In this document: one piece after another, positions 35,138 to 45,274 of the stretch
Numbering within the stretch: the stretch's first letter is position 1
How the letters are laid out: every line of letters starts with the position of its first letter
NCBI GenBank assembly: GCA_029936675.1
Contig: JAPYSB010000002.1
Coordinates: 116,681-180,680 of the forward strand
DNA: 64,000 nucleotides
Direction of reading: 5' to 3'
Origin: Dehalococcoidia bacterium
GTDB lineage: Bacteria > Chloroflexota > Dehalococcoidia > Lucifugimonadales > UBA826
Translations under genes and position numbers: made by a program
Notes under the pieces: generated by a model
The model's database searches: none
What the model was told of the DNA's origin: nothing
What the model saw: only the letters and a program-made list of their open reading frames with translations

Positions 35138-35612
35138 CAGCCTTAATGCCTATGGCGCCCACAACTGAATCTATAATGGCGCCATAGGCATTGCAGCGAC
35201 ATAAATTCCCTGCTAAAGCCAGCCTTATTTCTTCCACAGAAACATTTCTCCGTGATTCGAAAAGTGGATATGCACCCATGATGAATCCAGGGGTACAGTA
35301 GCCACACTGACCTCCGTCGTTCTCAATAAAAGAAATTTGTAATGGATGTAATGTATTCCCTTGGTTCAATCCTTCGATAGTTTTGATCTCAGAAGAGGCT
35401 ATTTTTACAGCTAGAATTTGGCATGAATTTACGGCTTTACCGTCAAGAATGACTGTGCAGGCACCGCACTCACCTAAATCACACCCTTTTTTGGCTCCCG
35501 TTAGATTTAATTTATCTCGAAGAATATCTAATAAAGTAAATCTATTATCGATATCTAAAGTGTGCTCCTCTCCGTTTACTTTAAACGCTACTTGCGTGAC
35601 ATGATTTTCCAT
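35130..35612 (-). CDS. Molybdenum hydroxylase [2Fe-2S] small subunit
   Basis: Plant-type cluster box CDLGECGACTV plus second cluster QCGYCTPGF and NLCRCNAYGAI. Confidence 0.9.
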   Translation of the reverse strand: MENHVTQVAFKVNGEEHTLDIDNRFTLLDILRDKLNLTGAKKGCDLGECGACTVILDGKAVNSCQILAVKIASSEIKTIEGLNQGNTLHPLQISFIENDGGQCGYCTPGFIMGAYPLFESRRNVSVEEIRLALAGNLCRCNAYGAIIDSVVGAIGIKADG

Positions 35613-35614
35613 TT

Positions 35615-36628
35615 TTATTCAGACACTGGCAAAATGAGAATCCACATAGGTTCTTTCCCTACCTCAAACCTTTCAATGAATTGAAGGTTACCGGTATCAC
35701 TTATTCTGAAAGCTGAGATAAACCCTGTTTCAAGCCCGGCTGAATATAGAAATTGGCCCTTCCCGTCTATATCCAATACTCTTGGAATGGCCTCAGTTAG
35801 AGTTCTTCCAATGGCCTTTAGCTGTCCACTATTTGAGTTAATAGAGAATCCGGCCAATGAATTATGCCCCCTATTAGGAGCATAGAGGAATTTGCCATCG
35901 GGAGTTATTTTGATCTGAGCACAAGTATTTACCCCGGCATAGTGGGCAGGCAAAGTCGAGATAGTATACAACTCCTCCATATCCCCTTCATGGTACCTGT
36001 AGGAAGTTACACTACTGTCCTGTTCGTTAGAGAAAAAAACATACTCCCCACTAGGATGGAAAGTATAATGCCTTGGCCCTCTATTATCCGGTTGTTTAAC
36101 AAATTCTCTTTCCGATGGGTTAAGCATTCCAGTATCTTCATCGAAATTATATTTCAAAATCGTGTTTATACCTCTTTCCCCCGCAATATGCGGAAGTAAA
36201 GCATGAGAATTATCAGAGTCTGTGAAAATACAATGTGCTCCATTCCCGGTCTGCATCCAGACTTTTTCCCCAGTGAAAATACCCTTGTCGTTCGAATGTA
36301 CAGAAACTGCGCCAGCTTCATAGTAAGCAGACAGAATATATCTGTTTGTTTTATCCAATGAAATATAGCAAGGGTCGCCTTGAAGTTTCGGTCCATCGTC
36401 TACATGAATTAAATCTCCGGTCAAACTATTAAATCTATAAGATGTGACACAAGGTAAATCTCTTCTACCTACGAAAAGAAGCGAGTTATCGAGGTCAGCA
36501 GCCAATGGAGCAGGTCTGTCATTCACTTCTGTATCCTTCAGATGCTTCAAGTGCCCGCTGTCATTATCAATCGACCAACAACTGATTCGATTCTCTCCCG
36601 CAAGAGAAACATACAAAATTTGCCTCAT
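35615..36628 (-). CDS. Seven-bladed beta-propeller lactonase (6-phosphogluconolactonase-like)
   Basis: Start MRQILYVSLAGENRISCWSID, then repeated blade pattern (HP.G.F.Y..N....S). Only 2 nt separate it from the small-subunit gene. Confidence 0.65.
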   Translation of the reverse strand: MRQILYVSLAGENRISCWSIDNDSGHLKHLKDTEVNDRPAPLAADLDNSLLFVGRRDLPCVTSYRFNSLTGDLIHVDDGPKLQGDPCYISLDKTNRYILSAYYEAGAVSVHSNDKGIFTGEKVWMQTGNGAHCIFTDSDNSHALLPHIAGERGINTILKYNFDEDTGMLNPSEREFVKQPDNRGPRHYTFHPSGEYVFFSNEQDSSVTSYRYHEGDMEELYTISTLPAHYAGVNTCAQIKITPDGKFLYAPNRGHNSLAGFSINSNSGQLKAIGRTLTEAIPRVLDIDGKGQFLYSAGLETGFISAFRISDTGNLQFIERFEVGKEPMWILILPVSE

Positions 36629-36804
36629 GGTGCCTCCAAAAAGTGCCGCATTAATCAGCCCATAACAAGTTTATCAGTACCTCGAAGTTGGTGCTTTTAT
36701 TTAGCTTTTTATTATGTTTGACTCAAATAAAGTTAAATAGTTCACATTCCGCCGACTTAGAAGATAAAATTGATACAGTCATCGTTTAATAAGTTTCATT
36801 TTTT

Positions 36805-38241
36805 ATGCAGGAGATTAATCTGCCCCTCTACAACATAAAATCGGCTTTTTTTCAACGATGGCGACAAAGAAATGGTTACCTGCAAGTTCTAAGGGTTGCA
36901 TTCCCACTAATATTGAGTACGGGATCCTTTTCTGTTCAGCAATTCATAGACAGGATGTTTTTATCTTGGTATTCACCCGATGCATTGGCCGCGGCGTTAC
37001 CCACAGGAATATTATGTTTCACTTTGATCAGTCTATTTATGGGCACTTCTGGTTACGTTAGTACCTTCGTAGCACAATACATCGGAGCATCTCGACCAGA
37101 AAGAGTCGGGCCAGCTATGTGGCAGGGAATATATTTTTCGGTCTTGGGAGGCTCCCTGATAGCTTTCACTGCATTCTTCCCGGAAACGATCTTTTCTTTG
37201 ATTGGTCACAGCCCTGAGGTACAAATCTTAGAATCAGAGTATTGGGTATATCTAACTTTAGGTGGAATATTCCCTGTCGCCCAAGGTGCAGTGGCTGGTT
37301 TTTTCAGTGGCCGTGGTAAAACATACCCGATCATGTGGAGTACTTTCGCTGCAACGGCTGTGAATATTGTGCTCAACTATCTCCTGATTTTTGGAAATTT
37401 AGGTATGCCAGAAATGGGAATATCGGGAGCTGGTTTATCCACCTTTATATCGGGAATGCTAAATTTTTTGATTCTTTCAATTCTAGTTTTTTCCAAGGAA
37501 AATAATTCAAAATTTAAAACACGCTCAGGATGGAAATATGATCCGGTTTTGTTCAGAAGGCTCATCAGATACGGCCTCCCTAATGGAATTCAATTTTTCC
37601 TAGACATAGCAGCGTTTTCATTATTCATATTGTTGATTGGCAGACTCGGGGCAACGGAACTGGCCGCGGCAAGTATAGCGTTTAACGTTAGTATGTTGGC
37701 CTTTATGCCTATGATTGGTCTAGGGATAACAGTATCGATTTTGGTCGGTCAATCTCTGGGGGCCAGTGAGCCCGGGCAGGCAAAAATTGCCACTTCTTCA
37801 GCCTTGCAGATTTCTTTTACCTATATGACTATCCTTGCCATGCTCTACATTTTGATACCCAATTTATTTATCTATCCCTTTTCAGCTAAGGCTGACCCAG
37901 TTGAATTTGAATCAATAAAAAGTACCGCTTTAGTAGCATTGAGGTTCATAGCACTCTGGTCAATATTTGATTCCCTAGCAATTATATTTTCGTCAGCTCT
38001 TAAAGGAGCCGGGGACACTGCTTTCATTATGTTAACCATATGTCTCACAGGACCCATCGTCCTTATAGCACCTACATTTCTAATAATTGAAATCTTCCAC
38101 CTGGGCTTAAATGTTGCATGGATTTCAGGCGTCGCATATGTACTCTGCCTTGGAATTGTGTATTATCTCAGGTTCAAAGGCGGCAAATGGGAAAGTATGA
38201 GGGTGATAGAAAGCCAGGGGCAACCTAAGATGAAAGGGTAA
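36805..38241 (+). CDS. MATE-family efflux transporter
   Basis: 12-TM protein of 478 aa. N-terminal LRVAFPLILSTGSFSVQQFIDRMFLS and internal-repeat start LIRYGLPNGIQFFLD are typical of NorM-like MATE proteins. Confidence 0.8.
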   Translation: MQEINLPLYNIKSAFFQRWRQRNGYLQVLRVAFPLILSTGSFSVQQFIDRMFLSWYSPDALAAALPTGILCFTLISLFMGTSGYVSTFVAQYIGASRPERVGPAMWQGIYFSVLGGSLIAFTAFFPETIFSLIGHSPEVQILESEYWVYLTLGGIFPVAQGAVAGFFSGRGKTYPIMWSTFAATAVNIVLNYLLIFGNLGMPEMGISGAGLSTFISGMLNFLILSILVFSKENNSKFKTRSGWKYDPVLFRRLIRYGLPNGIQFFLDIAAFSLFILLIGRLGATELAAASIAFNVSMLAFMPMIGLGITVSILVGQSLGASEPGQAKIATSSALQISFTYMTILAMLYILIPNLFIYPFSAKADPVEFESIKSTALVALRFIALWSIFDSLAIIFSSALKGAGDTAFIMLTICLTGPIVLIAPTFLIIEIFHLGLNVAWISGVAYVLCLGIVYYLRFKGGKWESMRVIESQGQPKMKG

Positions 38242-38443
38242 GTCAATATGTTAGTGAAAATAAGTTAGGCTGTTCATGTCAGGCGATAAGAACCAAAAAA
38301 TGGTCCGACTGATATATAAAGTACCTACATCGACGAATCAGAGTGCTCACTGAATTGCCTTCACATCAGTTTTTGGTGTTGTTATAGTTTTGATTTATTG
38401 GGATTCACAGAAATTTTTACCTACAAGTGGATAAAAAATCAAA

Positions 38444-39571
38444 TTGATCGTTAATCAAAAGGATGACATCGTGGACAAAAATAATCTAATAACCCTTGCT
38501 GATTATGAGAAAGCTTCTTATCGGAAAATGTCTAAAGAGTTGTCTGACTATGTAAGATCGGGGGCTCAGGATGAAATAACACTTAGGAGAAACCGACAAG
38601 CCCTAGAAGACATAATAGTTAATCCTAGGATATTTAGAGATGTAGATTGTCGTGATCTGAGCACCACGGTTTTGGGCGATAAAATAGATATCCCTATTAT
38701 GTTAACCCCTGCAGGCGGACAACTTCATATGCATCCTGACGGGGAGTTAGGGTCGGCCAGAGCATCTCACGGGCATGGGACCGTCTACTCGACCCCAACT
38801 AATTCGGGTTACTCATTGGAAAAGATTGCCGATGAGACACCTGGTCCTAAATGGTTTCAAATTGGACAACACAGCAGAGAGATTCAGGAACATTTTGTCA
38901 AAAGAGCAAAGCAGGCTGGTTATAAAGCTATCGTCCTTACCGCAGATGCCCCGATACCGAGTAGAAGAGAAAGTGAGATCAGAAATAATTTCTCAATTCA
39001 AAATCATTTGAGTTGGGGTAGCGTTGAGGGACACGAGGAGTTTCTGTTGTCTGATCCCCACTTACGCGAGTACATATATGGCATATCAGAAAAAGATGAA
39101 CCAGTATCAGCAGGAACTGGTGATAAATCAATGACCTGGGATGACATGGAGTGGTTTCGTGGACTAACAGACCTGCCCGTAATCGTTAAGGGAGTAAGAA
39201 ATATTGAGGACGCAAAGCGTTGCGCCGATGTAGGATTTGATGGAATTACGGTTTCTAACCATGGTGCTCGCCACATGGATGGAACAAATTCATCCATAGA
39301 GGCTCTGGCGGAGATAGCTCCAGTGGTGAATGAGCGGATCGAGGTATTCTTTGACTCAGGAATTAGGAGAGGGATGGATGTTGCCAAAGCGCTATGTTTG
39401 GGAGCTAGAGCGGTCCTTATTGGCCGCCCAATCTTCTGGGGATTGTGTGTTGATGGTGAACAAGGTGTATTCGGTGTGCTAGATATTCTTAAAACTGAAC
39501 TTGACCTTGCCATAGCTTATTTGGGAGTAAATAAAGTAGGTGATTTAAACAGGTCGTATGTCACAATTTAA
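38444..39571 (+). CDS. FMN-dependent alpha-hydroxy acid dehydrogenase/oxidase (LldD/glycolate oxidase family)
   Basis: LADYEKAS...SDYVRSGAQDEITLRRN, PIMLTPAG, VVKGV, TVSNHGARHMDG, DSGIRRGMDVAKALCLGA. Confidence 0.85.
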   Translation: MIVNQKDDIVDKNNLITLADYEKASYRKMSKELSDYVRSGAQDEITLRRNRQALEDIIVNPRIFRDVDCRDLSTTVLGDKIDIPIMLTPAGGQLHMHPDGELGSARASHGHGTVYSTPTNSGYSLEKIADETPGPKWFQIGQHSREIQEHFVKRAKQAGYKAIVLTADAPIPSRRESEIRNNFSIQNHLSWGSVEGHEEFLLSDPHLREYIYGISEKDEPVSAGTGDKSMTWDDMEWFRGLTDLPVIVKGVRNIEDAKRCADVGFDGITVSNHGARHMDGTNSSIEALAEIAPVVNERIEVFFDSGIRRGMDVAKALCLGARAVLIGRPIFWGLCVDGEQGVFGVLDILKTELDLAIAYLGVNKVGDLNRSYVTI

Positions 39572-39627
39572 AGCGTAAAACCATAGTGATTTTCCAAGAA
39601 TGGCTAATTTAAGAACCCCCGTATTTC

Positions 39628-40881
39628 ATGCACAGACACCTTCATGGGGGGGGTTGCTTGGCAATTAAAAATGCTTGGTTTACTCTGGCTGTTGCTTTCA
39701 TAATCTTATTTTTTTCTAGCGGCCTGAGATTCGCTTTTGGAATCGTGCTTAAGCCTATGTCTGAAGATCTGGGTTGGACCAGAGCAGAGACAACAATGGC
39801 TGCTACAGCTTTTTTTGTAGTGTCTGCTTTAGTCATGCCAATATATGGACGACTAATCGACCGTTACAGTCTTTCACGGATAATGATTATATCTATTGCG
39901 GTAACCTCGCTTGGATTCGGCTTAGTTGCGATTGTCCAGACTCCATGGCAGTTCATTTTTTTTTACGGAATAGTTTTTGCCTTAGGCCACTCAGGGTTCT
40001 CGATTTTGGCTGTATCCGTAATGGTAGGACGGGCATTTCCGGATCGAGCTGGTATAGCCAATAGTATTGCCATGTCTGGATTCGGGTTCGGGCAGCTCAT
40101 CATTATCTCTGTATTGACACTGATTGTGTTTGAGGTAGGTTGGAGGATATCCCATGTATATTTAGCTGCGGGGGCAGCTTCAGTTCTTATTCCACTATTG
40201 CTGTTTCATGCTAAATTCGTGAACTTTTTGCCAGATAGCCCTGAACGATATAAGGGCCATCACACCGAACTTCCATCCAGTTCGGTACCACATTTACTAA
40301 GATTCACTATCTCGACAAAATTTGCCATTTTGATAGTAGTTTATGCCTTATGCGGCTTCCAAGACTTTTTCATGGCTACACATATAGCATCTTTTGCAAC
40401 TGATAACGGTGTCGAAGATCAGTTCGCGGGTAATTTGTTAGCAATAATGGGTGTGTTTGCACTTGCAGGAGTGATAATTGCAGGGCTCTTAGGTGACAGA
40501 TTTAAAGCTGGTTTTCCTACCGTGATTTGTTTTTTGATACGACTGGTTATATTCATCTTGATATGCACTTCTAATCAGCCATCATTTATTGTGTTATTGG
40601 CATTTTCGTACGGATTCACATTCTTGATTACTGCGCCTCTAACGGTAGTGTTTGTAAAAGACCTTTTCGGGACATCCAAAATGGGCACTCTGATCGGTAT
40701 CGTCAATATGGTGCATCAATTTGGAGGCGCTATTGGAGCATATGCGGGGGGCATAGTTTTCGATCACACGGGATCATACCAGTTGATGATGATTTTTATG
40801 GCAGTGCTATCTTTAGGTGGATTAATTTGTTCTTATTTTATCCACGGGTCTGCAACTTTTAGAAGAAGGATGCTCAATTAA
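39628..40881 (+). CDS. MFS transporter
   Basis: 12 predicted TM helices. The GRLIDRYSLSRIM loop between TM2 and TM3 is MFS-like. The start could instead be TTG 39658, just after a G8 run. Confidence 0.8.
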   Translation: MHRHLHGGGCLAIKNAWFTLAVAFIILFFSSGLRFAFGIVLKPMSEDLGWTRAETTMAATAFFVVSALVMPIYGRLIDRYSLSRIMIISIAVTSLGFGLVAIVQTPWQFIFFYGIVFALGHSGFSILAVSVMVGRAFPDRAGIANSIAMSGFGFGQLIIISVLTLIVFEVGWRISHVYLAAGAASVLIPLLLFHAKFVNFLPDSPERYKGHHTELPSSSVPHLLRFTISTKFAILIVVYALCGFQDFFMATHIASFATDNGVEDQFAGNLLAIMGVFALAGVIIAGLLGDRFKAGFPTVICFLIRLVIFILICTSNQPSFIVLLAFSYGFTFLITAPLTVVFVKDLFGTSKMGTLIGIVNMVHQFGGAIGAYAGGIVFDHTGSYQLMMIFMAVLSLGGLICSYFIHGSATFRRRMLN

Positions 40882-41146
40882 CCGGTGGAAATATTCACTT
40901 TGTTGCGGGTTAGAGTTTTTCCGGTTATGACCTAGTTTTAATCTGTTCGTTATAATTAAATTGCATGCATATGGGGCTGGGTCTTAGCAGCAAGAGCTTT
41001 GTTAGATTAATCAGAGAGGCCAATATGAAAATTAAGCCTGTGAAAGACCTGTTGATTTAAAGCCGGACCCTACAAACAAACCACGAGTACAACCTGATCC
41101 CATATGTTCAATCTAATAGTTTAGAAATCTACAAGGCGGAGCCACT

Positions 41147-42466
41147 ATGTCAAAACAGCCAAATATAGTACTGATAATGTCTGACGATCTTGGCTATGAG
41201 GTAATAGGCGCCAACGGTGGTTCTTCATATAAAACTCCATCCATAGACTCAATGGCCCAGCAAGGCATGCGCTTTGAAAACGCTCATGTTATGCCACTGT
41301 GTACACCAACCAGACTTTCATTGATGACCGGAAAATATAATTTCCGGAACTACATAGGTTTCGGCTTAATAAGGCCAGACGAAGTCACTTTTGGACATTT
41401 GCTCACTGACGCAGGTTATAACACATGTATATCGGGCAAATGGCAACTTTACTCCTATAACCCACCAGATCAACACCCGGAAGAAAGATCTTCAGGGCAA
41501 AAAATCGAAGATGCTGGCTTTGACGAGTTTTGCGTATGGCATCCGCATCACACAGAAGAGAAAGGTTCCAGGTACAAAAATCCAGTTATATACGAAAACG
41601 GTGAATTCAGAACTGATACCGAGGGTAAATATGGGGAGGACATATTCTGCGATTACATCATTGATTTCTTAGAACGGAAAAAGGATGATGAAAAACCTTT
41701 TTTTGTCTACTGGCCAATGGCTGCCACCCACAAACCCCATGAGCCCACCCCAGACAGCCCGGAATGGGACTCTTTTGATCCCCCCTCAAACCGATCTATA
41801 GGCGCAAAAACATGGGCGGAGTTAGAAGATGGATCATGGGAAGATGATCCTAAATTCTATAGAGATATGGTTGAGTATCACGACAAAGTCATAGGTAGAT
41901 TGCTAAGTTATCTTAAAAATCAAGGACTGCAGGAAGATACATTAGTCGTCTACCTTGGAGATAACGGTAGCCCAGCCGATGTTTGTTCAATGATGCACCA
42001 GCATAATGAGATTTGCGGCGGTAAAGGGAAGACCAACGATAGGGGCACCCATGTTCCTTTGATTTGTTTGATGCCAGGAACGATTCCTTCCAAGGCTGTG
42101 CAAACGGACCTTATTGAAGCCACAGATTTCCTACCAACTATTTTCGAAGCGGCTGGCCTGAATTTCCCCGAAGGATATATCATTGACGGAAGGTCTTTTT
42201 ATCCTCAGTTGAAAGGGGAAAAAGGCAGCCCCAGAGACTGGATGTTTTTTCACTTCGAACCAATGAATAGAAGAAGTGGTCTGAACGATTTAAGACAAAT
42301 AAGGTTCATTCGTGATCATAAATGGAAATTATATGAGACCGGCGAGCTATACGATCTTGAAGCCGATTGGGATGAAGACATTCCCATCTATGAGGTTGAA
42401 GATTCAAAACCCCAATCTGAAGCAAGAAACCGCCTAAACCCGATATTTTCCCAAATGACCAATTGA
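41147..42466 (+). CDS. Sulfatase (formylglycine-dependent)
   Basis: QPNIVLIMSDDLGYE and the C-x-P-x-R box in PLCTPTRLSLMTGK. GKWQL further on. Confidence 0.9.
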   Translation: MSKQPNIVLIMSDDLGYEVIGANGGSSYKTPSIDSMAQQGMRFENAHVMPLCTPTRLSLMTGKYNFRNYIGFGLIRPDEVTFGHLLTDAGYNTCISGKWQLYSYNPPDQHPEERSSGQKIEDAGFDEFCVWHPHHTEEKGSRYKNPVIYENGEFRTDTEGKYGEDIFCDYIIDFLERKKDDEKPFFVYWPMAATHKPHEPTPDSPEWDSFDPPSNRSIGAKTWAELEDGSWEDDPKFYRDMVEYHDKVIGRLLSYLKNQGLQEDTLVVYLGDNGSPADVCSMMHQHNEICGGKGKTNDRGTHVPLICLMPGTIPSKAVQTDLIEATDFLPTIFEAAGLNFPEGYIIDGRSFYPQLKGEKGSPRDWMFFHFEPMNRRSGLNDLRQIRFIRDHKWKLYETGELYDLEADWDEDIPIYEVEDSKPQSEARNRLNPIFSQMTN

Positions 42467-42474
42467 TCTCTAAC

Positions 42475-42867
42475 CTACTCGTCCTTTTTAAGATTCAAGG
42501 AAGCTGAGTTAATACAATACCGCAACCCAGTAGGTTGGGGGCCATCTGGAAAAACATGGCCCAGATGCGCACCACATGATTTACAGATGACTTCCGTCCT
42601 CTCCATTCCTAGCGACATATCCGTTTCTTCTTCTATCTGATCCTCAACAAGCGGTTGATAAAAGCTTGGCCACCCACACATGGAGTCATATTTGGTATCG
42701 GAAGAAAAAAGTTCTTCCCCACAACAAACACATAAATAAGTACCATTTTCTGTCGTGTTCCAATATTCCCCAGTGAATGCTCTTTCTGTAGCTCTATTCC
42801 GAGTTACTTCATATTGCATTGGAGTAAGTTTGTCCCGGTATTGTTCATCATTTTTTTGATCAGCCAT
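42475..42867 (-). CDS. msrB: Peptide-methionine (R)-S-oxide reductase
   Basis: GTYLCVCCGEELFSSDTKYDSMCGWPSF and CKSCGAHLGHVFPDGPQPTGLRYCINS are canonical SelR/MsrB motifs with both Zn CxxC pairs. Confidence 0.92.
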   Translation of the reverse strand: MADQKNDEQYRDKLTPMQYEVTRNRATERAFTGEYWNTTENGTYLCVCCGEELFSSDTKYDSMCGWPSFYQPLVEDQIEEETDMSLGMERTEVICKSCGAHLGHVFPDGPQPTGLRYCINSASLNLKKDE

Positions 42868-42994
42868 CTATCTGTCTCCCAAAATTTTAAAAACGGTCAC
42901 AGTACAACACAGAAGATTATATAGCTAGTATTATATTGATTCACAAATCTTGTCGCTAATAAAACTGATAGCACACAAAATTTAGGAGAGGTAT

Positions 42995-44128
42995 TTGGCA
43001 CTTCAATTTGGCGTATTTGATCATATAGAACCTGTCTCGAACATGCCCTTGAACGAAGTATACAAGCTTCGTCTGCAGCAAATTGAGGCTTTAGACCGAA
43101 AAGGGTTTTACGCTTACCATCTAGCTGAACACCATACCCCGGCTGTACATAGCTTGGCGCCTTCCCAAAACGTTTTTTTAGCGGCAGCATCACAAAGAAC
43201 AACACAGATAAAATTAGCTCCCTGCGTTTATGTGCTACCGCTACATCACCCCTTAAGATTAATCGAAGAAATCAGTATGCTAGATCATCTAAGTAATGGT
43301 CGATTAGAAATTGGTGTCGGTAGAGGGGGTGTAATGGAAGCTTTCTTCTGGGGGCAAGATGACGATTCTGACTCCAATTACCAAAGATATCTGGAAACTT
43401 TGGCCGTAATAAGAAAAGGCTTAAGCTCAGAATATTTGACATTCCAAGGTAATTTTCATCAATTCGATAACCTCCCGATGAGACTAGGACCTGTTCAAAA
43501 GCCATTCCCTCCGATGTGGTACATGAGAAACGCGGAAACTGCAGCTTTAGAGGGGATGAATACCGTCATAGTGGGAACTTTGGAAAGCCTCAAAATTGAA
43601 ACTCAACGATACCAACAAATTTGGAAGAGTACTCACGGAGAAGGATCTTTAAATAAACAGGGCCAAGACCCAAAAATAGGTCTTGTCGTCCACATGGTTG
43701 TAGCTGATACAGACGAAGAAGCGATAAGTATAGCAAGCCCTGCTTGGGATAAATACAAATGGAATTTGGCTGCCCCAAGAAGAATCGAGGCCGAAAAAAG
43801 AGGGTTGACACAATTCCAAACTTCCAAAGATGGCTCATTCGGTTTCGTCGGGGATCGGCCCGCCAATTTGCCGGCTCGAGAGACTAGAAAAGATATAGAA
43901 GCGGAAATAGAGCGATTCGACCAGCAATCAAATCGAAAAGATCCTACTAGGTTGGGAGGAGTAGCTTTGGCAGGATCGCCGAAATCAGTAGCCCGGTATC
44001 TAGAGGAATATATTGAAACCGGAGCTAATTATTTCGTTTGTTCCTTCCAATGGGGAGACATCGACCATCAAACGGCTATGAACTCGATTAACCTTTTTTC
44101 AGAGCATATACTGCCACAATACATGTAG
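42995..44128 (+). CDS. LLM-class flavin-dependent oxidoreductase (luciferase-like monooxygenase)
   Basis: FGVFDHIEP start, LAEHH, GRLEIGVGRG are luciferase-like family patterns. TTG start after GGAGAGG. Confidence 0.8.
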   Translation: MALQFGVFDHIEPVSNMPLNEVYKLRLQQIEALDRKGFYAYHLAEHHTPAVHSLAPSQNVFLAAASQRTTQIKLAPCVYVLPLHHPLRLIEEISMLDHLSNGRLEIGVGRGGVMEAFFWGQDDDSDSNYQRYLETLAVIRKGLSSEYLTFQGNFHQFDNLPMRLGPVQKPFPPMWYMRNAETAALEGMNTVIVGTLESLKIETQRYQQIWKSTHGEGSLNKQGQDPKIGLVVHMVVADTDEEAISIASPAWDKYKWNLAAPRRIEAEKRGLTQFQTSKDGSFGFVGDRPANLPARETRKDIEAEIERFDQQSNRKDPTRLGGVALAGSPKSVARYLEEYIETGANYFVCSFQWGDIDHQTAMNSINLFSEHILPQYM

Positions 44129-44146
44129 ATAAATTAGGAAAACTAT

Positions 44147-45274
44147 TTGAAATTTGAAATTGTCGGAATGATTGGTGCGGTAAGAGAAGGTACCGGAAAC
44201 AAAGGGGCTGAAGTACACATTATTGGAGGAGGTGTAGATAAGGATTACATTTCTGATTTTGCAATAGTCCATGAGAACAGTGGCTTCGACAAGGTTTTAG
44301 TTGGGTACACTTCTTCATCGGCCGATGGTTTTATAGTCGCCATGCATGCAGCAGCCGAAACAAGTAACCTTGGGTTTCTAGTTGCTCACAGACCAGGCTT
44401 TGTTAGCCCAACGGTTTTAAGCAGAAAAGCGGCCACAATTGACCACATAACTCAAGGTAGAATCGCCCTTCACATCATAAGTGGAGGAGGCGATGTTGAA
44501 CAAAAACGTGACGGTGATTTCCTGGATCATGATGCTAGGTATAGAAGGTCAGGAGAATTCATGAATATCCTGAAAAACTTATGGACAGCAGAAGACCCAA
44601 TAGACCACGAAGGGGAGTTTTATCAATTCGAACAGGCAAAAAGTGATTTTAGCTGCTTTCAAAAACCTCACATACCTCTCTATTTTGGAGGTGCCTCTGA
44701 AGCAGCATTAACAGTGGGAGCGAAAGAATGCGACGTATATGCTATGTGGGGTGAACCACTTAAGGAAGTAGAAAAAAAGATGATCTCTTTCACGGATAAA
44801 GTGAAAACTCTCGGCAGAGATCCAAAATCTATAAGGTTTTCAGTCTCTACGAGGCCTATTGTAGCTAATACTGAGACAGAAGCCTGGGATTTAGCCCACC
44901 ACACCCTGGAAAATGTCTTAGCCACAAACCAAATTTCGATGCATGGCACGGGAAAAGAACGATTGGAATCTACTGGATCCCAACGTCTTGTGGATTTTGC
45001 AAAAAACGGGGAAGTATTAGATGAACGACTGTATATGCCAATAGCTACTGCAACTGGAGGTGCCGGCAACACAACCGCCCTAGTCGGAACCGCAGAACAG
45101 GTGGCAGATTCTCTCATGAAATACTATGCATTAGGCTGCACAACTTTATTGATACGAGGCTTCGACGCCTACAACGATGCAGCTTACTGGGGAAAAGAAT
45201 TAATCCCGTTATTGAAAGAATCCGTTGAGCGTTATCACAAAATCCACCCTGTGACGGGAAAACATCTGTTGTGA
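44147..45274 (+). CDS. ssuD: SsuD-family FMNH2-dependent (alkane)sulfonate monooxygenase
   Basis: Long colinear match to E. coli SsuD as I recall it. LGFLVAHRPGFVSPTVLSRKAATIDHITQGRIALHIISGG...DGDFLDHDARY aligns with [39 protein letters not shown]...DGVFLDHSERY. Also PLYFGGAS and TALVGTAEQVA. Confidence 0.85.
   Translation: MKFEIVGMIGAVREGTGNKGAEVHIIGGGVDKDYISDFAIVHENSGFDKVLVGYTSSSADGFIVAMHAAAETSNLGFLVAHRPGFVSPTVLSRKAATIDHITQGRIALHIISGGGDVEQKRDGDFLDHDARYRRSGEFMNILKNLWTAEDPIDHEGEFYQFEQAKSDFSCFQKPHIPLYFGGASEAALTVGAKECDVYAMWGEPLKEVEKKMISFTDKVKTLGRDPKSIRFSVSTRPIVANTETEAWDLAHHTLENVLATNQISMHGTGKERLESTGSQRLVDFAKNGEVLDERLYMPIATATGGAGNTTALVGTAEQVADSLMKYYALGCTTLLIRGFDAYNDAAYWGKELIPLLKESVERYHKIHPVTGKHLL

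Noticed and set aside
39004-39513. 169-aa antisense ORF, with similar long antisense ORFs at 17121..17564, 6040..6465, 44680..45117, 57902..58297 and 3491..3841
   Set aside because: Each lies entirely inside a confidently identified gene on the opposite strand and has a low-complexity Ser/Pro/Arg-rich translation typical of antisense frames. None has its own RBS or motif.
39646-39653. Homopolymer tracts as phase-variation switches (G8 at 39646-39653 in the MFS 5' end; C8 at 32423-32430 in the FAD subunit)
   Set aside because: Both tracts are in frame with intact ORFs as assembled, and there is no contingency-locus context. Only the T7 run at 26114-26120 coincides with an actual lesion, and it is reported separately.
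40880-41146. Possible riboswitch or leader upstream of the second sulfatase (aaccgg...ccggtt pairing; 11-codon ORF MKIKPVKDLLI)
   Set aside because: The pairing is only 6 bp across a 35-nt loop. I cannot match the region to any riboswitch consensus, and the micro-ORF has no supporting context.
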